IMG/VR virus record: IMGVR_UViG_642918914_000001
Location: 128,001 to 192,000 of that record
DNA: 64,000 nucleotides
From: a virus
Lineage: Duplodnaviria; Caudoviricetes
Direction: 5' to 3' (one strand)
Part shown: positions 38,984 to 47,936 of the stretch, piece after piece
Numbering within the stretch: the first letter of the stretch is position 1
Layout of the letters: the number at the start of each line of letters is the position of its first letter
Translations under genes and position numbers: made by a program
Notes under the pieces: generated by a model
Told to the model about the DNA's origin: nothing
What the model saw: the letters and a program-made list of their open reading frames with translations, nothing else
Database searches by the model: none

Positions 38984-39750
38984 TACACGAGTCCGCCGAT
39001 CTTAGCGGCGCCCCTCCAGCTAATCCGAGTGTTGGAATCCGGATGTTGGGCTGAAGGCGGCTTCTCCTTGACTACATCCGGGTGTAGCTTGATCAGCTTC
39101 TGCAGCGCCTTCGCCGCCATCTCGCGAGTGCGTTCACCTTGCAAGCCTCCAGCGGCGTCTGCCTTACGCTGGCCGACAGCCATGTCGTAGGTCACTGCTA
39201 TGCGAACACCGGCCTTCAGCAGTTGAAGCGTGTAGTCCACATCCTCGTAGGGGAAGATGCGATTCCACTTGATGGTCTTAACCGCCTTCTTGTCCATACC
39301 GAAGACGAAGCCCAGATGGAAATTCTCCTTGATACCGCCTTTGGGTGCGAACGCCTTGGTGCCGAAACCAACGCAGCGATAGTCACAGCACAGCTTGGGC
39401 AGCGTCTTGGTCCAGAAGCGGTAGGTGGCGTCGCGTGCGGTGCTGGCCACGACATGCTTCTGCTGTTCTGGGTCGAACGCATACAGATACAGGTCGTCGT
39501 CCATCATGAAGGTGAAGCGATGCGGCGACTGCAGCATGATCCACTCGCGCTTGGCGCCCAACGTCTTGATGTTGTTGGGCTGTGCCAGCACGTTGACTCG
39601 CGGATAGTTCTTGCGCAGGGCTTTCACCTCGTCCGCGGGACACACTAGGGTCACGTGCTGATGCATGCCCTTTGGCAACCGCTCCACCGTCAACTGATTG
39701 TCGACCCGGCCGCGTGTTGGTATGTACAGATGATAGTCGATCTTAGACAT
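38983..39750 (-). CDS. TAGT/GREB1-like GT-A glycosyltransferase
   Basis: YIPTRGR, KREWI, MMDDDL, YEDVDYTLQLLKAG, GG. Confidence 0.85.
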   Translation of the reverse strand: MSKIDYHLYIPTRGRVDNQLTVERLPKGMHQHVTLVCPADEVKALRKNYPRVNVLAQPNNIKTLGAKREWIMLQSPHRFTFMMDDDLYLYAFDPEQQKHVVASTARDATYRFWTKTLPKLCCDYRCVGFGTKAFAPKGGIKENFHLGFVFGMDKKAVKTIKWNRIFPYEDVDYTLQLLKAGVRIAVTYDMAVGQRKADAAGGLQGERTREMAAKALQKLIKLHPDVVKEKPPSAQHPDSNTRISWRGAAKIGGLV

Positions 39751-40465
39751 GATCGGTCTTCAGATAGGCTTCCAGTTCTTCGGGAGTGCCAAGGCAATGG
39801 AACGAGTCACGCGGCACCGGCACATTCAGCACAAGATTGTTGGTCACAATCAAGTGGTTGAGCAAGTCGCTCATGTAGATTTCTTTGGCGATCGACTTGC
39901 GAAGCAGATGGCTTGCGGCCTCTGCCGCCGCGTATCCAGAAGAGAACCAGTAGACGCCGCATCCGCTGTACGTGGGAGTCGGTGCCGTGATGGTCCGTTC
40001 GTGGATATGCGTGACGAAGTAGCCATCGGTGTGCACTGCGCTGAAGTGGCGTGCAGGCTCTTCGTTCAGGAACGTGAGCATTGCGGCGGTGGCCTTGGAT
40101 TCAGCCGCAGGACGCAGGTACGCCAGAAGATCGATCTTGGCAAACGAATCACAGTCCAAGAACAGGACGGGCGCTGCCAGATCAATAGTCGGCATCTTCA
40201 CCAGAGCGTGCAACGCCGAATGCGCAGGGCCGCGCAGCGTTTGGCACGTGCTGAGGAAGCGCAGGCCGGAAGTTCCACGCGGCAGATGACGAACAGCTTC
40301 ACCGCTGAAGATGAAGTTCACGTCCTCGGTCTTCAGTCCGTATTCGGCCAGCACATGCTCGTACATTGGGACGCCGTGTACCGGGATCATTGGCTTGGCT
40401 TGACGGTAGCCAGCAGCCGTGAAGCGGGAACCAAGTCCCGCAGCCAACATGATGATTTGGGTCAT
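39743..40465 (-). CDS. sugar-phosphate nucleotidyltransferase
   Basis: IIMLAAGLGSRF…KPMIPV, GPAHS, DCD, GVYWF, LGTPEEL. Confidence 0.85.
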   Translation of the reverse strand: MTQIIMLAAGLGSRFTAAGYRQAKPMIPVHGVPMYEHVLAEYGLKTEDVNFIFSGEAVRHLPRGTSGLRFLSTCQTLRGPAHSALHALVKMPTIDLAAPVLFLDCDSFAKIDLLAYLRPAAESKATAAMLTFLNEEPARHFSAVHTDGYFVTHIHERTITAPTPTYSGCGVYWFSSGYAAAEAASHLLRKSIAKEIYMSDLLNHLIVTNNLVLNVPVPRDSFHCLGTPEELEAYLKTDHV

Positions 40466-40467
40466 TT

Positions 40468-41901
40468 CTATTGGATCTGGTTCAGAACTTTGCGGGCCAG
40501 TTCGACGAATCGCAACTGGCGCTGTTTGTCGTCGCTGTGGAGCGGAAGCATGCTGATGAACAACAGTCCCGTCACCGCCCACAACTCGTTGGACGAAATG
40601 CCGAAGCGCTGAGCGCCGTAACGCAAGATGGGGTCTGCCAAACCCTCCCATTCAGTGGGCAGTGGCTGCTTTGCGACTGCGTGGTCGTAGCCGATCACGG
40701 AGTGCAGAAGCTTTGCCAGCTCATAGCGAACGTCGCCATACAGCGAGGGGCGGTCCTTAGCGTCCAGCCCCCGTGGATCGAACACCAAGACACGATCCGT
40801 ACGCTGGTCCAACATGATGTTGGAGAAGCACAGGTCACCATGCATGATGGTTCGATGGTGTACCTTTGGATTCACGTTCATCGCGAACAACTGAGCCATG
40901 CCATGAAGGTCGGCCAACGGCAGATGTACGTTGCCCTCCTCTAACAGATCCAGGCGGCCCCACGTCTTCGTGACCGCAAGCTGATAGAAGTCGTTGACAT
41001 GCGCCCCCTGACACGCTTGATGCGCGTCTTCCACCCAGCACAGCGTCTGATGAAGAACGTGGGTCCACGCACGGTCGTCCAACTTGCCATACACATAGAG
41101 CTCAGCCAGCGTTGGCAGCGGCAGATACTCCATGGTGTACTCGCCGTCGTCATAGTGGACGATGCGCGGCACGTAGGTGGACAGCTTGCGTGGCAAACCC
41201 AGGAACCACTCGCGCTCTGCGTTCACCTTCTTCGTGTTGGCGCTGCGCTTGGTCAGCAGGTGGCCATCGTTGGTCAACCCGTTGAAGTGACGAGTGGTGC
41301 GGGACAGGAACTCGCGCTTGGAACTGAAGTACGTAGACAGATGCCCAAAGTCCAGCCAGTGCTCGTCGATCGAAACGTTGGGAAGGCATCCCGCCATGTG
41401 ACGCACAGCCGATTTCACCGTCTCGTAACTGTCGAGCGTGAACGTCAGCTCACTCAGGCGACACGCAAAGTACCCGGCGAACACGCTGTCCTTGTCCAGG
41501 AACTGCCAGTGGGCAGACGTACCCAAGGGATGAGAAACTACGCCCACCGACGGTTCTTTCAACCACTTGGTGACCAGCGTATCGCCCCACAGAACATGCA
41601 CACAGACGTCCGGCGCGTTCTCTTGAGCACCGATCAGGCGCAGCGCGCGACGCAACTGATAGGGCAGCGACTGATCTTCCGCCGACGGGAAGAAGTAGAC
41701 GTTGCCTCCCACGTATGGAACAGACGACATCTCGGGCCACGTCACGTAGATGTGGTGGAAGTTGTCGCCTGCTGCGTCCAACTGCAGGTCGAGCAGCGTG
41801 CGCCCGCCCACCGGCACACGGGCTGCAGGAATGGCCCCGAACAGGAACTGAAGCTCCTGATTGCATGGAGCCGATGACATGATGAGCAGGACGTTGCGCA
41901 T
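40468..41901 (-). CDS. NTP-transferase-like/APH-fold sugar kinase fusion (capsule biosynthesis-like)
   Basis: N-terminal FGAIP..VPVGG..L, WGDTL, WLDFGH; C-terminal HGDLCFSNI, FDPRG, GDVRYELAKL. Confidence 0.8.
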   Translation of the reverse strand: MRNVLLIMSSAPCNQELQFLFGAIPAARVPVGGRTLLDLQLDAAGDNFHHIYVTWPEMSSVPYVGGNVYFFPSAEDQSLPYQLRRALRLIGAQENAPDVCVHVLWGDTLVTKWLKEPSVGVVSHPLGTSAHWQFLDKDSVFAGYFACRLSELTFTLDSYETVKSAVRHMAGCLPNVSIDEHWLDFGHLSTYFSSKREFLSRTTRHFNGLTNDGHLLTKRSANTKKVNAEREWFLGLPRKLSTYVPRIVHYDDGEYTMEYLPLPTLAELYVYGKLDDRAWTHVLHQTLCWVEDAHQACQGAHVNDFYQLAVTKTWGRLDLLEEGNVHLPLADLHGMAQLFAMNVNPKVHHRTIMHGDLCFSNIMLDQRTDRVLVFDPRGLDAKDRPSLYGDVRYELAKLLHSVIGYDHAVAKQPLPTEWEGLADPILRYGAQRFGISSNELWAVTGLLFISMLPLHSDDKQRQLRFVELARKVLNQIQ

Positions 41902-42801
41902 TTACTTTGCCTTCTTCTGTTTCTGACTACTGGCGAATGCCTTCTCCCAGTAGACGATCACTTCCTTGCGGTTGATGGACCCCTTGTACTCCTTGTCCAC
42001 CACCTTGACGAACGGGTCGTGGATGGACGCCAGCTTGACCGCGGCACGGTCTGATCCCTTTACCGTACGCTCTTCGCTACAGCCGCCGTCCGAGCCGTAG
42101 TCGAGTGGATTCACAACGAAGTTGGTGAGGATCAGATTGGGGTAGCCCAGTCGCAGCAGGTGCAGCGTCACGTTGAAGTCCTCGCGGAATTTCACTTCGT
42201 CGAATCGGATGCCGTGCTTGAGCAGTGTGCGCCGATTGTGGCCGATTGCGTGCATGGCGCGTCCCACCATCTTGAAGTCGCCGCGCACATAGTTGTTCAT
42301 CAGGCGGCTGGCGATGCACGTGTGGACTACGCCCTTGTTCACCATCTGATCCTTGATGAAGTCCCAGCGACGCATCTTCTGCACGTCAGGGAACGGCTCC
42401 TTGAACAGGAAGGTGATGCCCTTGGCCTTTGCCGCGTCCGTCTGCACCCACTTGCCGCTCTTGGCACCCTGCCATTCGCGGTGCTCTTTGTTGCAGCGGC
42501 GGAAGAAGTACATGTCGTCGTCCAACTGGAAGACGTTGTCGGCGCGAACGTTCTCGATGATCCACTGGCGCTTCTTTGCGATACAGTCGACCGTGGGATC
42601 GTCCACCGCCCACACCAGCTCGTGCTTGTGCTTCTTGCGCAGGGCCTTCGCTTCATCCCAATCGCTGGCCAGCAACAGCGTTCGCTCGCGCAGTTCGGCA
42701 GGCAGCTCACGCAGCGTAACCTGACGATCGACGCGCCGATGCGTTGGGATAACCACTTGGAAGTCTTTGTCCGCCACCGGCGGGCGTCGATGTTGTGCCA
42801 T
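41902..42801 (-). CDS. TAGT/GREB1-like GT-A glycosyltransferase
   Basis: VVIPTHRR, KRQWI, QLDDDM, REDFNVTLHLLRLG, GGCS..R. Confidence 0.85.
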   Translation of the reverse strand: MAQHRRPPVADKDFQVVIPTHRRVDRQVTLRELPAELRERTLLLASDWDEAKALRKKHKHELVWAVDDPTVDCIAKKRQWIIENVRADNVFQLDDDMYFFRRCNKEHREWQGAKSGKWVQTDAAKAKGITFLFKEPFPDVQKMRRWDFIKDQMVNKGVVHTCIASRLMNNYVRGDFKMVGRAMHAIGHNRRTLLKHGIRFDEVKFREDFNVTLHLLRLGYPNLILTNFVVNPLDYGSDGGCSEERTVKGSDRAAVKLASIHDPFVKVVDKEYKGSINRKEVIVYWEKAFASSQKQKKAK

Positions 42802-42802
42802 G

Positions 42803-43498
42803 TCAGTAGGTGAGTGTGAAGATGGAACGACCGTCGGCATCGGTAGTGAACGCCGAGTAGCCACGGACCAAAACGTTAAACTTGGTCACGTTATGCTCGA
42901 TGGTGGTGCCCGGCGTCATGTGCCCGCGCAGATCGAAGTGATCGACCAGCACTTCGTTCATGGTGCCAGCTTCGATGATACGCCACATATTGGTCAGGCC
43001 ATCGCTGTGCGTGTTGTAGCGGATGTAGTACGACTGATGGCCAGCCGTCACCTGATTGACGATGTCCTGCGCCACACGCTCGAAGTCTTCGGGCGTTTGC
43101 AGATATTCGTCCACCGAGTACTGGAAGGCACCAACACCCGGCTTCTGGTAGAGCTTGTTGGTGTCCGCGAATCGGCCTTCCTGGATGGTGTTCATCCACA
43201 CACTGAACACGTCGCTCACTTCCTTGAACTGGGTGAAGAATGCGCCGCGTGTTGTGCGCGTCGGACACACGAAGTCCACGATCACCCACGAGCCCTGCTC
43301 CATGACACAGCGTGCCAGTCGGCCCAGCGTCTTGGCCTGGATCACACGATCCTTCTCTTCGAACGACAAATGCGTCGTGATGTTGGCGCGCGCCCAGTCC
43401 GCGTTGAAGTGAATGGCGCTCAGACGCTTCTGAATGGCGAGGGCCAGCGTGGTCTTGCCACTGCCGGGCAAGCCTTGAATCATGATGGTCTTGGACAT
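42803..43498 (-). CDS. cysC: adenylylsulfate (APS) kinase-like P-loop kinase
   Basis: IQGLPGSGKTTLA, FNADWAR…LSFEEKDRVIQA, IVDFVCP….R. Confidence 0.75.
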   Translation of the reverse strand: MSKTIMIQGLPGSGKTTLALAIQKRLSAIHFNADWARANITTHLSFEEKDRVIQAKTLGRLARCVMEQGSWVIVDFVCPTRTTRGAFFTQFKEVSDVFSVWMNTIQEGRFADTNKLYQKPGVGAFQYSVDEYLQTPEDFERVAQDIVNQVTAGHQSYYIRYNTHSDGLTNMWRIIEAGTMNEVLVDHFDLRGHMTPGTTIEHNVTKFNVLVRGYSAFTTDADGRSIFTLTY

Positions 43499-43529
43499 GT
43501 CTGTTCCTTGTGCTTTATGATAGTCAGAC

Positions 43530-43539
43530 TATTTACTGC
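43530..43539 (-). promoter_or_regulatory. GCAGTAAATA putative promoter of the modification operon
   Basis: Motif ~32 nt upstream of the first gene of the cluster. Confidence 0.6.
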
Positions 43540-43651
43540 GGAGTTATGAAGGCGAGGACAGCGAGTGCGATAAAAATGAAGACGCACGTCCAGCGTGGAA
43601 ACACACGCGCCGCGAAGATGGAAGCACTCAGGCTGTAGTAGTCGTGACGAT

Positions 43652-44383
43652 TCATGATTTGATTTGGATTTCGAGATGGTCGAAGGTCAGGGTGTCCGGC
43701 AGATACAGGAGGCGTTGAATGTTGAGCGCATGGGCAGCCACACCACCCTCCAATTGAACGCCCAGGCGACCGCGGACTGGACGATCAAAGGTCAACGTAA
43801 CAGGAGCAGCATACGTGGGTGCGGTGATCTCAAATTGATGGCCGTACGGCACTGTCTCACCCTCGTGCTTCAACGGCTTGCTGCGCGGTATCCACAAAAG
43901 GCGCTCGTTTACCATCGTGTACAGTGCTGCGCTGAAGTGGGCGGCCACCGCGTCGGATTGACGCTCTGGTTTCACGGTCTGCGACACCTGCTCAGCAATC
44001 TGGTCCAAGATCTTCAGCATCAACATCAGAGTCACGGCGTCAATCAGACGCACACTTTGGCCGTTGTACAACGTCACCTGATCGTCGAAGATGACGACAC
44101 CGATACCAGCGAGCATCCCCACATAGTTGTAGCCATCTTGGAACAGCTGATCACGAACCGACTCCGATTCAGCAGGGCGCCACTTCAGCTGCGACATGAA
44201 CTGAGGGAACTTCATGCCTGCCACTCGATTGCCACTCATGATGTTGTGCAGCGCGCTGTACCATTCACTGTGGAATGGGACTTCCTCAGAGTTGAAGTAG
44301 TACACGAGCCCCGGCAGCAGGTCAGTGCGCGGGCTACGCTTGTTGGTGAGGACGAATGCGTTGGGTATCACTTGCTCTAGCAT
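43652..44383 (-). CDS. hypothetical protein
   Basis: GGAAGGAAGAG RBS; 243 aa. Confidence 0.6.
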   Translation of the reverse strand: MLEQVIPNAFVLTNKRSPRTDLLPGLVYYFNSEEVPFHSEWYSALHNIMSGNRVAGMKFPQFMSQLKWRPAESESVRDQLFQDGYNYVGMLAGIGVVIFDDQVTLYNGQSVRLIDAVTLMLMLKILDQIAEQVSQTVKPERQSDAVAAHFSAALYTMVNERLLWIPRSKPLKHEGETVPYGHQFEITAPTYAAPVTLTFDRPVRGRLGVQLEGGVAAHALNIQRLLYLPDTLTFDHLEIQIKS

Positions 44384-44385
44384 GT

Positions 44386-44790
44386 CTATCTCTTCCTTCC
44401 GCTCATTTTGTGCCGTGCGCGCTGTTGCTGCTCGAAGCGCTTCCGGTCCTGCTGCTGTTGCCACTTGGTGTGGCGTCGTTCGTCCTCGTCCGACATGTCA
44501 GAAGCAGGGGGCTGACAGGGTTCAGCGTGGTCGATGAATCCAAAGCCACCGCCTGCAGTCAGCGTTGGGTCAATACGGAATATGTTGGAATGCTCCTCAG
44601 ACACTGGAGTGCTGGTGGTCAACACCACTTCCCCAGTACGCGCAAAGATGCGACGGGCCTCGTCATCACTGATGTCAGGAATCATAACCAACTCCGTCTG
44701 ATTGTCTTGCAGCGCTTCCTTGATCTGCTCGGTGATGTGCGCTGACAGGTCACCAAGCACTAGCACACGGCGGGGACGGTCTTCGCTCAT
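44386..44790 (-). CDS. hypothetical protein
   Basis: 134-aa ORF. Confidence 0.55.
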   Translation of the reverse strand: MSEDRPRRVLVLGDLSAHITEQIKEALQDNQTELVMIPDISDDEARRIFARTGEVVLTTSTPVSEEHSNIFRIDPTLTAGGGFGFIDHAEPCQPPASDMSDEDERRHTKWQQQQDRKRFEQQQRARHKMSGRKR

Positions 44791-44792
44791 AA

Positions 44793-45209
44793 TCAGCCTC
44801 TTCCGGAGATGCTCAACAGTGCACCATTGCCGTTCAGTAGGTCTTGAACTTCGGCGATTTGTGCTTGAGTAAAGGTGTCCGGGACATAGGCCGTAACTTC
44901 AATCTCGGTGTTGCCCCACTGGATCACGTTGTTCTTGTCCACGCCCACTGTCACTCGACCGGGTCTCCAGTCAGTCTTTAGCGCGCCCTCGGTCACTCGA
45001 ATGTACGTAGGCTTGAGGGTAGACACTACGGCCAGCGCCGTTTCATCCCACTTGCGACCGAGCAGCGACTTGGGGAAGGGAACGCACATGCGGACTTCCT
45101 TTAACGGAGCAGTCTTGTACGCATGTGACAGGGCGATGATGTCGCTGGTCAACGGATCTTCCGCTATCGGCTCAAACCACACGCCTGAAGTGCTTCGATA
45201 GTCACGCAT
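44793..45209 (-). CDS. hypothetical protein with protease-inhibitor I13/I78-like motif
   Basis: LLGRK…IRV…KTDWRPGRVTVGVDKNNVI. Confidence 0.45.
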   Translation of the reverse strand: MRDYRSTSGVWFEPIAEDPLTSDIIALSHAYKTAPLKEVRMCVPFPKSLLGRKWDETALAVVSTLKPTYIRVTEGALKTDWRPGRVTVGVDKNNVIQWGNTEIEVTAYVPDTFTQAQIAEVQDLLNGNGALLSISGRG

Positions 45210-45210
45210 G

Positions 45211-45603
45211 TTATGCTCCTGAATGCTCCGTGTAGTAGTCGATGGTTGTCAGCCACACGTTATCACCCTTGTTTTCAGTCGGAAGCAGATTGTAAAGGGT
45301 GTAAGAACGACCTTCAAAGTCAAGCGTCACCTCCGGCCAACGCATTCGACGGCGATCGTGCAAGTACCAATCGAACTCTACGGCGAGCTCCGTTTCGTAG
45401 TCGATAAGCACCTGAGGGATTTGGACGCGACCAGCGAACGCCATGCCGTACACCTCAGGTCTCTCTTCTTCACGGACACGGAACAAAGGACCAATGCCGA
45501 GCAGGCCAAGCGGATTGAAGCGAACGGCTACCGACTTCTCTGCCGGGCGATGCCCAACCCTCTCTAGGGGCTGCTTGACGCTAGGTGCACTAAGGAGTTT
45601 CAT
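45211..45603 (-). CDS. hypothetical protein
   Basis: 130-aa coupled ORF. Confidence 0.55.
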   Translation of the reverse strand: MKLLSAPSVKQPLERVGHRPAEKSVAVRFNPLGLLGIGPLFRVREEERPEVYGMAFAGRVQIPQVLIDYETELAVEFDWYLHDRRRMRWPEVTLDFEGRSYTLYNLLPTENKGDNVWLTTIDYYTEHSGA

Positions 45604-45968
45604 CGCTTGTTCCTCGCAGGCTTAACTCGCTTCTTGCGACGGTGAACGGCCTTGGTCACACCGCGCTTGGATGGCGGCACAGGCTGTGCATACCAAGGAA
45701 GGGGCGGAGGCGGAGGGCGGTACAGATCATTTATGTGGACGACCCCTTCCATGCGCCCAATCTCCCCTGACATCAATGGAGCTTCTGGGTCCAGGGCCGC
45801 GTCTTCTGGATCTGGAGGCAGTGGTTCTGCGTCCGTCAGTTCAACCACGGGGTCCGGCGAAAGCAGACCGCTAAACGTTGTGACCTGCGGGTCAGCTGCT
45901 CCTTGCTCAAAGAGCCCCGCGTCGTCAATTGCACTCCATGACCTAAGACCACCACGTATCGGCTTCAT
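45600..45968 (-). CDS. hypothetical protein
   Basis: GGAG RBS; ATGA overlaps. Confidence 0.5.
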   Translation of the reverse strand: MKPIRGGLRSWSAIDDAGLFEQGAADPQVTTFSGLLSPDPVVELTDAEPLPPDPEDAALDPEAPLMSGEIGRMEGVVHINDLYRPPPPPLPWYAQPVPPSKRGVTKAVHRRKKRVKPARNKR

Positions 45969-46297
45969 CGCTTGGTCTCCGATACGCGGCACGTGAGCAG
46001 CAACGTGTCAGGAACGACCACTGAATGCAGATGAACTTTGATCAGACACAGCGGCTTGAATCCTTCTTCTACACGATCGCCGATGCGTAGCGCCATAAAA
46101 TGAAGCTGCGTCATGAACTCGTGGCGATTGTCCACCGTGTAGTACAGCATGGTCGGTGCCGTGCTGTCTGCCTGCTCGGCACCTACGAAGGCGAAGTTGG
46201 AACCTGCCACGCGCATGAAGGGTGCACGATTCAGGCGGTCGACGAGCAGCGGAAAGGATTGGAACGACGTATAGTTCACGTTCATGTACTGGATCAT
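45965..46297 (-). CDS. hypothetical protein
   Basis: GGAGG RBS; ATGA overlap. Confidence 0.55.
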   Translation of the reverse strand: MIQYMNVNYTSFQSFPLLVDRLNRAPFMRVAGSNFAFVGAEQADSTAPTMLYYTVDNRHEFMTQLHFMALRIGDRVEEGFKPLCLIKVHLHSVVVPDTLLLTCRVSETKR

Positions 46298-46683
46298 CTT
46301 TGGTCCTCCGTCCAGATACGTCCGCAATGCGGGCAGCAGCACTGCACCCAGTAACGGTCCAGCGACCGATCATAATTGCCTGTGTCCGCCATGTACGTGC
46401 GCTGATGATTGGTGTGCGGACAGTTGTTGCGCAGCACTTCGAGTTGACGATTGGCGTCGCTGATCACGTTCTGCAAGTAACGATGCCGCGCCGCCACGTA
46501 GTCCAGCGACAGTGCTGGGTCCGGTTTCTTGATCGTGTGCCGTTCCCACTTCACGCCGTCGGGCAGCGACACTCGACGGTGCAAGCGCGGGCAGATGTCG
46601 CCAGCCTTCTGCTCCGCCATCATACAACGCATCGCCAATTCCGACATGGCCGGCGACAAGCAGTCGTCAGTACTAGAAGTCAT
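46294..46683 (-). CDS. zinc-binding hypothetical protein
   Basis: CPH…CCCPHCG. Confidence 0.55.
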   Translation of the reverse strand: MTSSTDDCLSPAMSELAMRCMMAEQKAGDICPRLHRRVSLPDGVKWERHTIKKPDPALSLDYVAARHRYLQNVISDANRQLEVLRNNCPHTNHQRTYMADTGNYDRSLDRYWVQCCCPHCGRIWTEDQR

Positions 46684-46844
46684 GATTAAGAACTCCAACG
46701 TTAAGGCCGCCAAGTGGCGCACCCAGTGGAATGACGTAGACTGCGACCAGCCCTTCGCCGTCAGGTATGCCAGCGACTGGCGGCGTACCGTATTGGACCC
46801 AGGACCCATGCTGGTCGCCGCACAGCCATGCGAGCGCCGTTCGA

Positions 46845-47873
46845 TCAGCCTGGAGCGTGTTGTTTGCGTGCATAGGACAAGCTCCGTTCGAGCAACGCTT
46901 CCACTGCCTTGGGCAGCTTCTTGCCGGTGAGCTTGAAGGCCATAGATTCGGCGATCAGCTCCTTGTAGTTCTTGCAGGCGTACTCGCTGACCAGTGGCTC
47001 CAGATCCTTCTTCTGAACGCCACGCGCAGGCCACACGCCCTTCAGCTCGTCACGGTACCCAGCCTCGAACAGCAGGTCCAGTTCCTTGACCGAGACGTTG
47101 TGCTGTTGGCCGATATACTTGAGGATCAAGCGATACAGCTCGGTGTCCTCTTCCGACAGGTTGGCGGTGTACGCCGACGGAGGATCTTCCTGCGCCAGCA
47201 GGCCGTCCAGCAGCCGTTGACTGTCTTCCTTCTTCACCGACTTCACGCTGATCGTGGTGTTGAACAGCTTCACCCATTCGGCGTTCAGCTTGCGACTGGT
47301 GAGGAATTCGTAATGCAGGTGATGGCCAGCCAGCTCGTGGAAGATCACGTAGAGCCAGTCGGTCTGCGGCATGGTCTCCGGCTTGATCTGCAGTCGGTGT
47401 GGGCTGCGGTCCGGCGTCTTGCTGCGTTTGTACATCCCGCTATACTTCTCGCCGTTGGCGGGCAACACTTCCCACACGCAGATATCTGGCTGGATGATGA
47501 AGTCCAAGCGATTGGCCTTCAGCACTTTGTAGGCGCGGTCGAATGCACTGACCATGGCCTTGCCGTTTTCCGGCGTGATGTCGTAGAAGAAGTGGATGGC
47601 GCCAAACTGGTCGTGCCACTTCTTGCCGCGATACAGCGAATGCAGGTCCCACCCATGCACCTTACCAGGATGTGGATTGGGGCCAGCGTTGAGAATCACC
47701 TTCTTGACCGGGCATTCGAAGACCGAACGCTTCTGCTTCAGGTGTGGGTCCTTCTCGATGATGCCGGAAACGATGCCGTTACTGATGGACGACACCTTGA
47801 ACAGCACAGGTTTCTTGGCTTTGGAGTCGGCTTCTTGTCCGAAGACATAGTCGCCCTTCTGGATTTGGATCAT
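46845..47873 (-). CDS. zincin-like metallopeptidase-fold protein
   Basis: IFHELAGHH and SEYA..N..ELIAES (HExxH-like motif plus distal Glu). Confidence 0.55.
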   Translation of the reverse strand: MIQIQKGDYVFGQEADSKAKKPVLFKVSSISNGIVSGIIEKDPHLKQKRSVFECPVKKVILNAGPNPHPGKVHGWDLHSLYRGKKWHDQFGAIHFFYDITPENGKAMVSAFDRAYKVLKANRLDFIIQPDICVWEVLPANGEKYSGMYKRSKTPDRSPHRLQIKPETMPQTDWLYVIFHELAGHHLHYEFLTSRKLNAEWVKLFNTTISVKSVKKEDSQRLLDGLLAQEDPPSAYTANLSEEDTELYRLILKYIGQQHNVSVKELDLLFEAGYRDELKGVWPARGVQKKDLEPLVSEYACKNYKELIAESMAFKLTGKKLPKAVEALLERSLSYARKQHAPG

Positions 47874-47897
47874 AAGCGGAAGACGTTGGTTGAATGC

Positions 47898-47924
47898 AAA
47901 AAGAGCCGACCATGTGGTCGGCTC
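47898..47924 (-). terminator. rho-independent terminator
   Basis: GAGCCGACCA-CA-TGGTCGGCTC followed by TTTTT on the - strand. Confidence 0.8.
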
Positions 47925-47936
47925 CTTGAACTGCTA

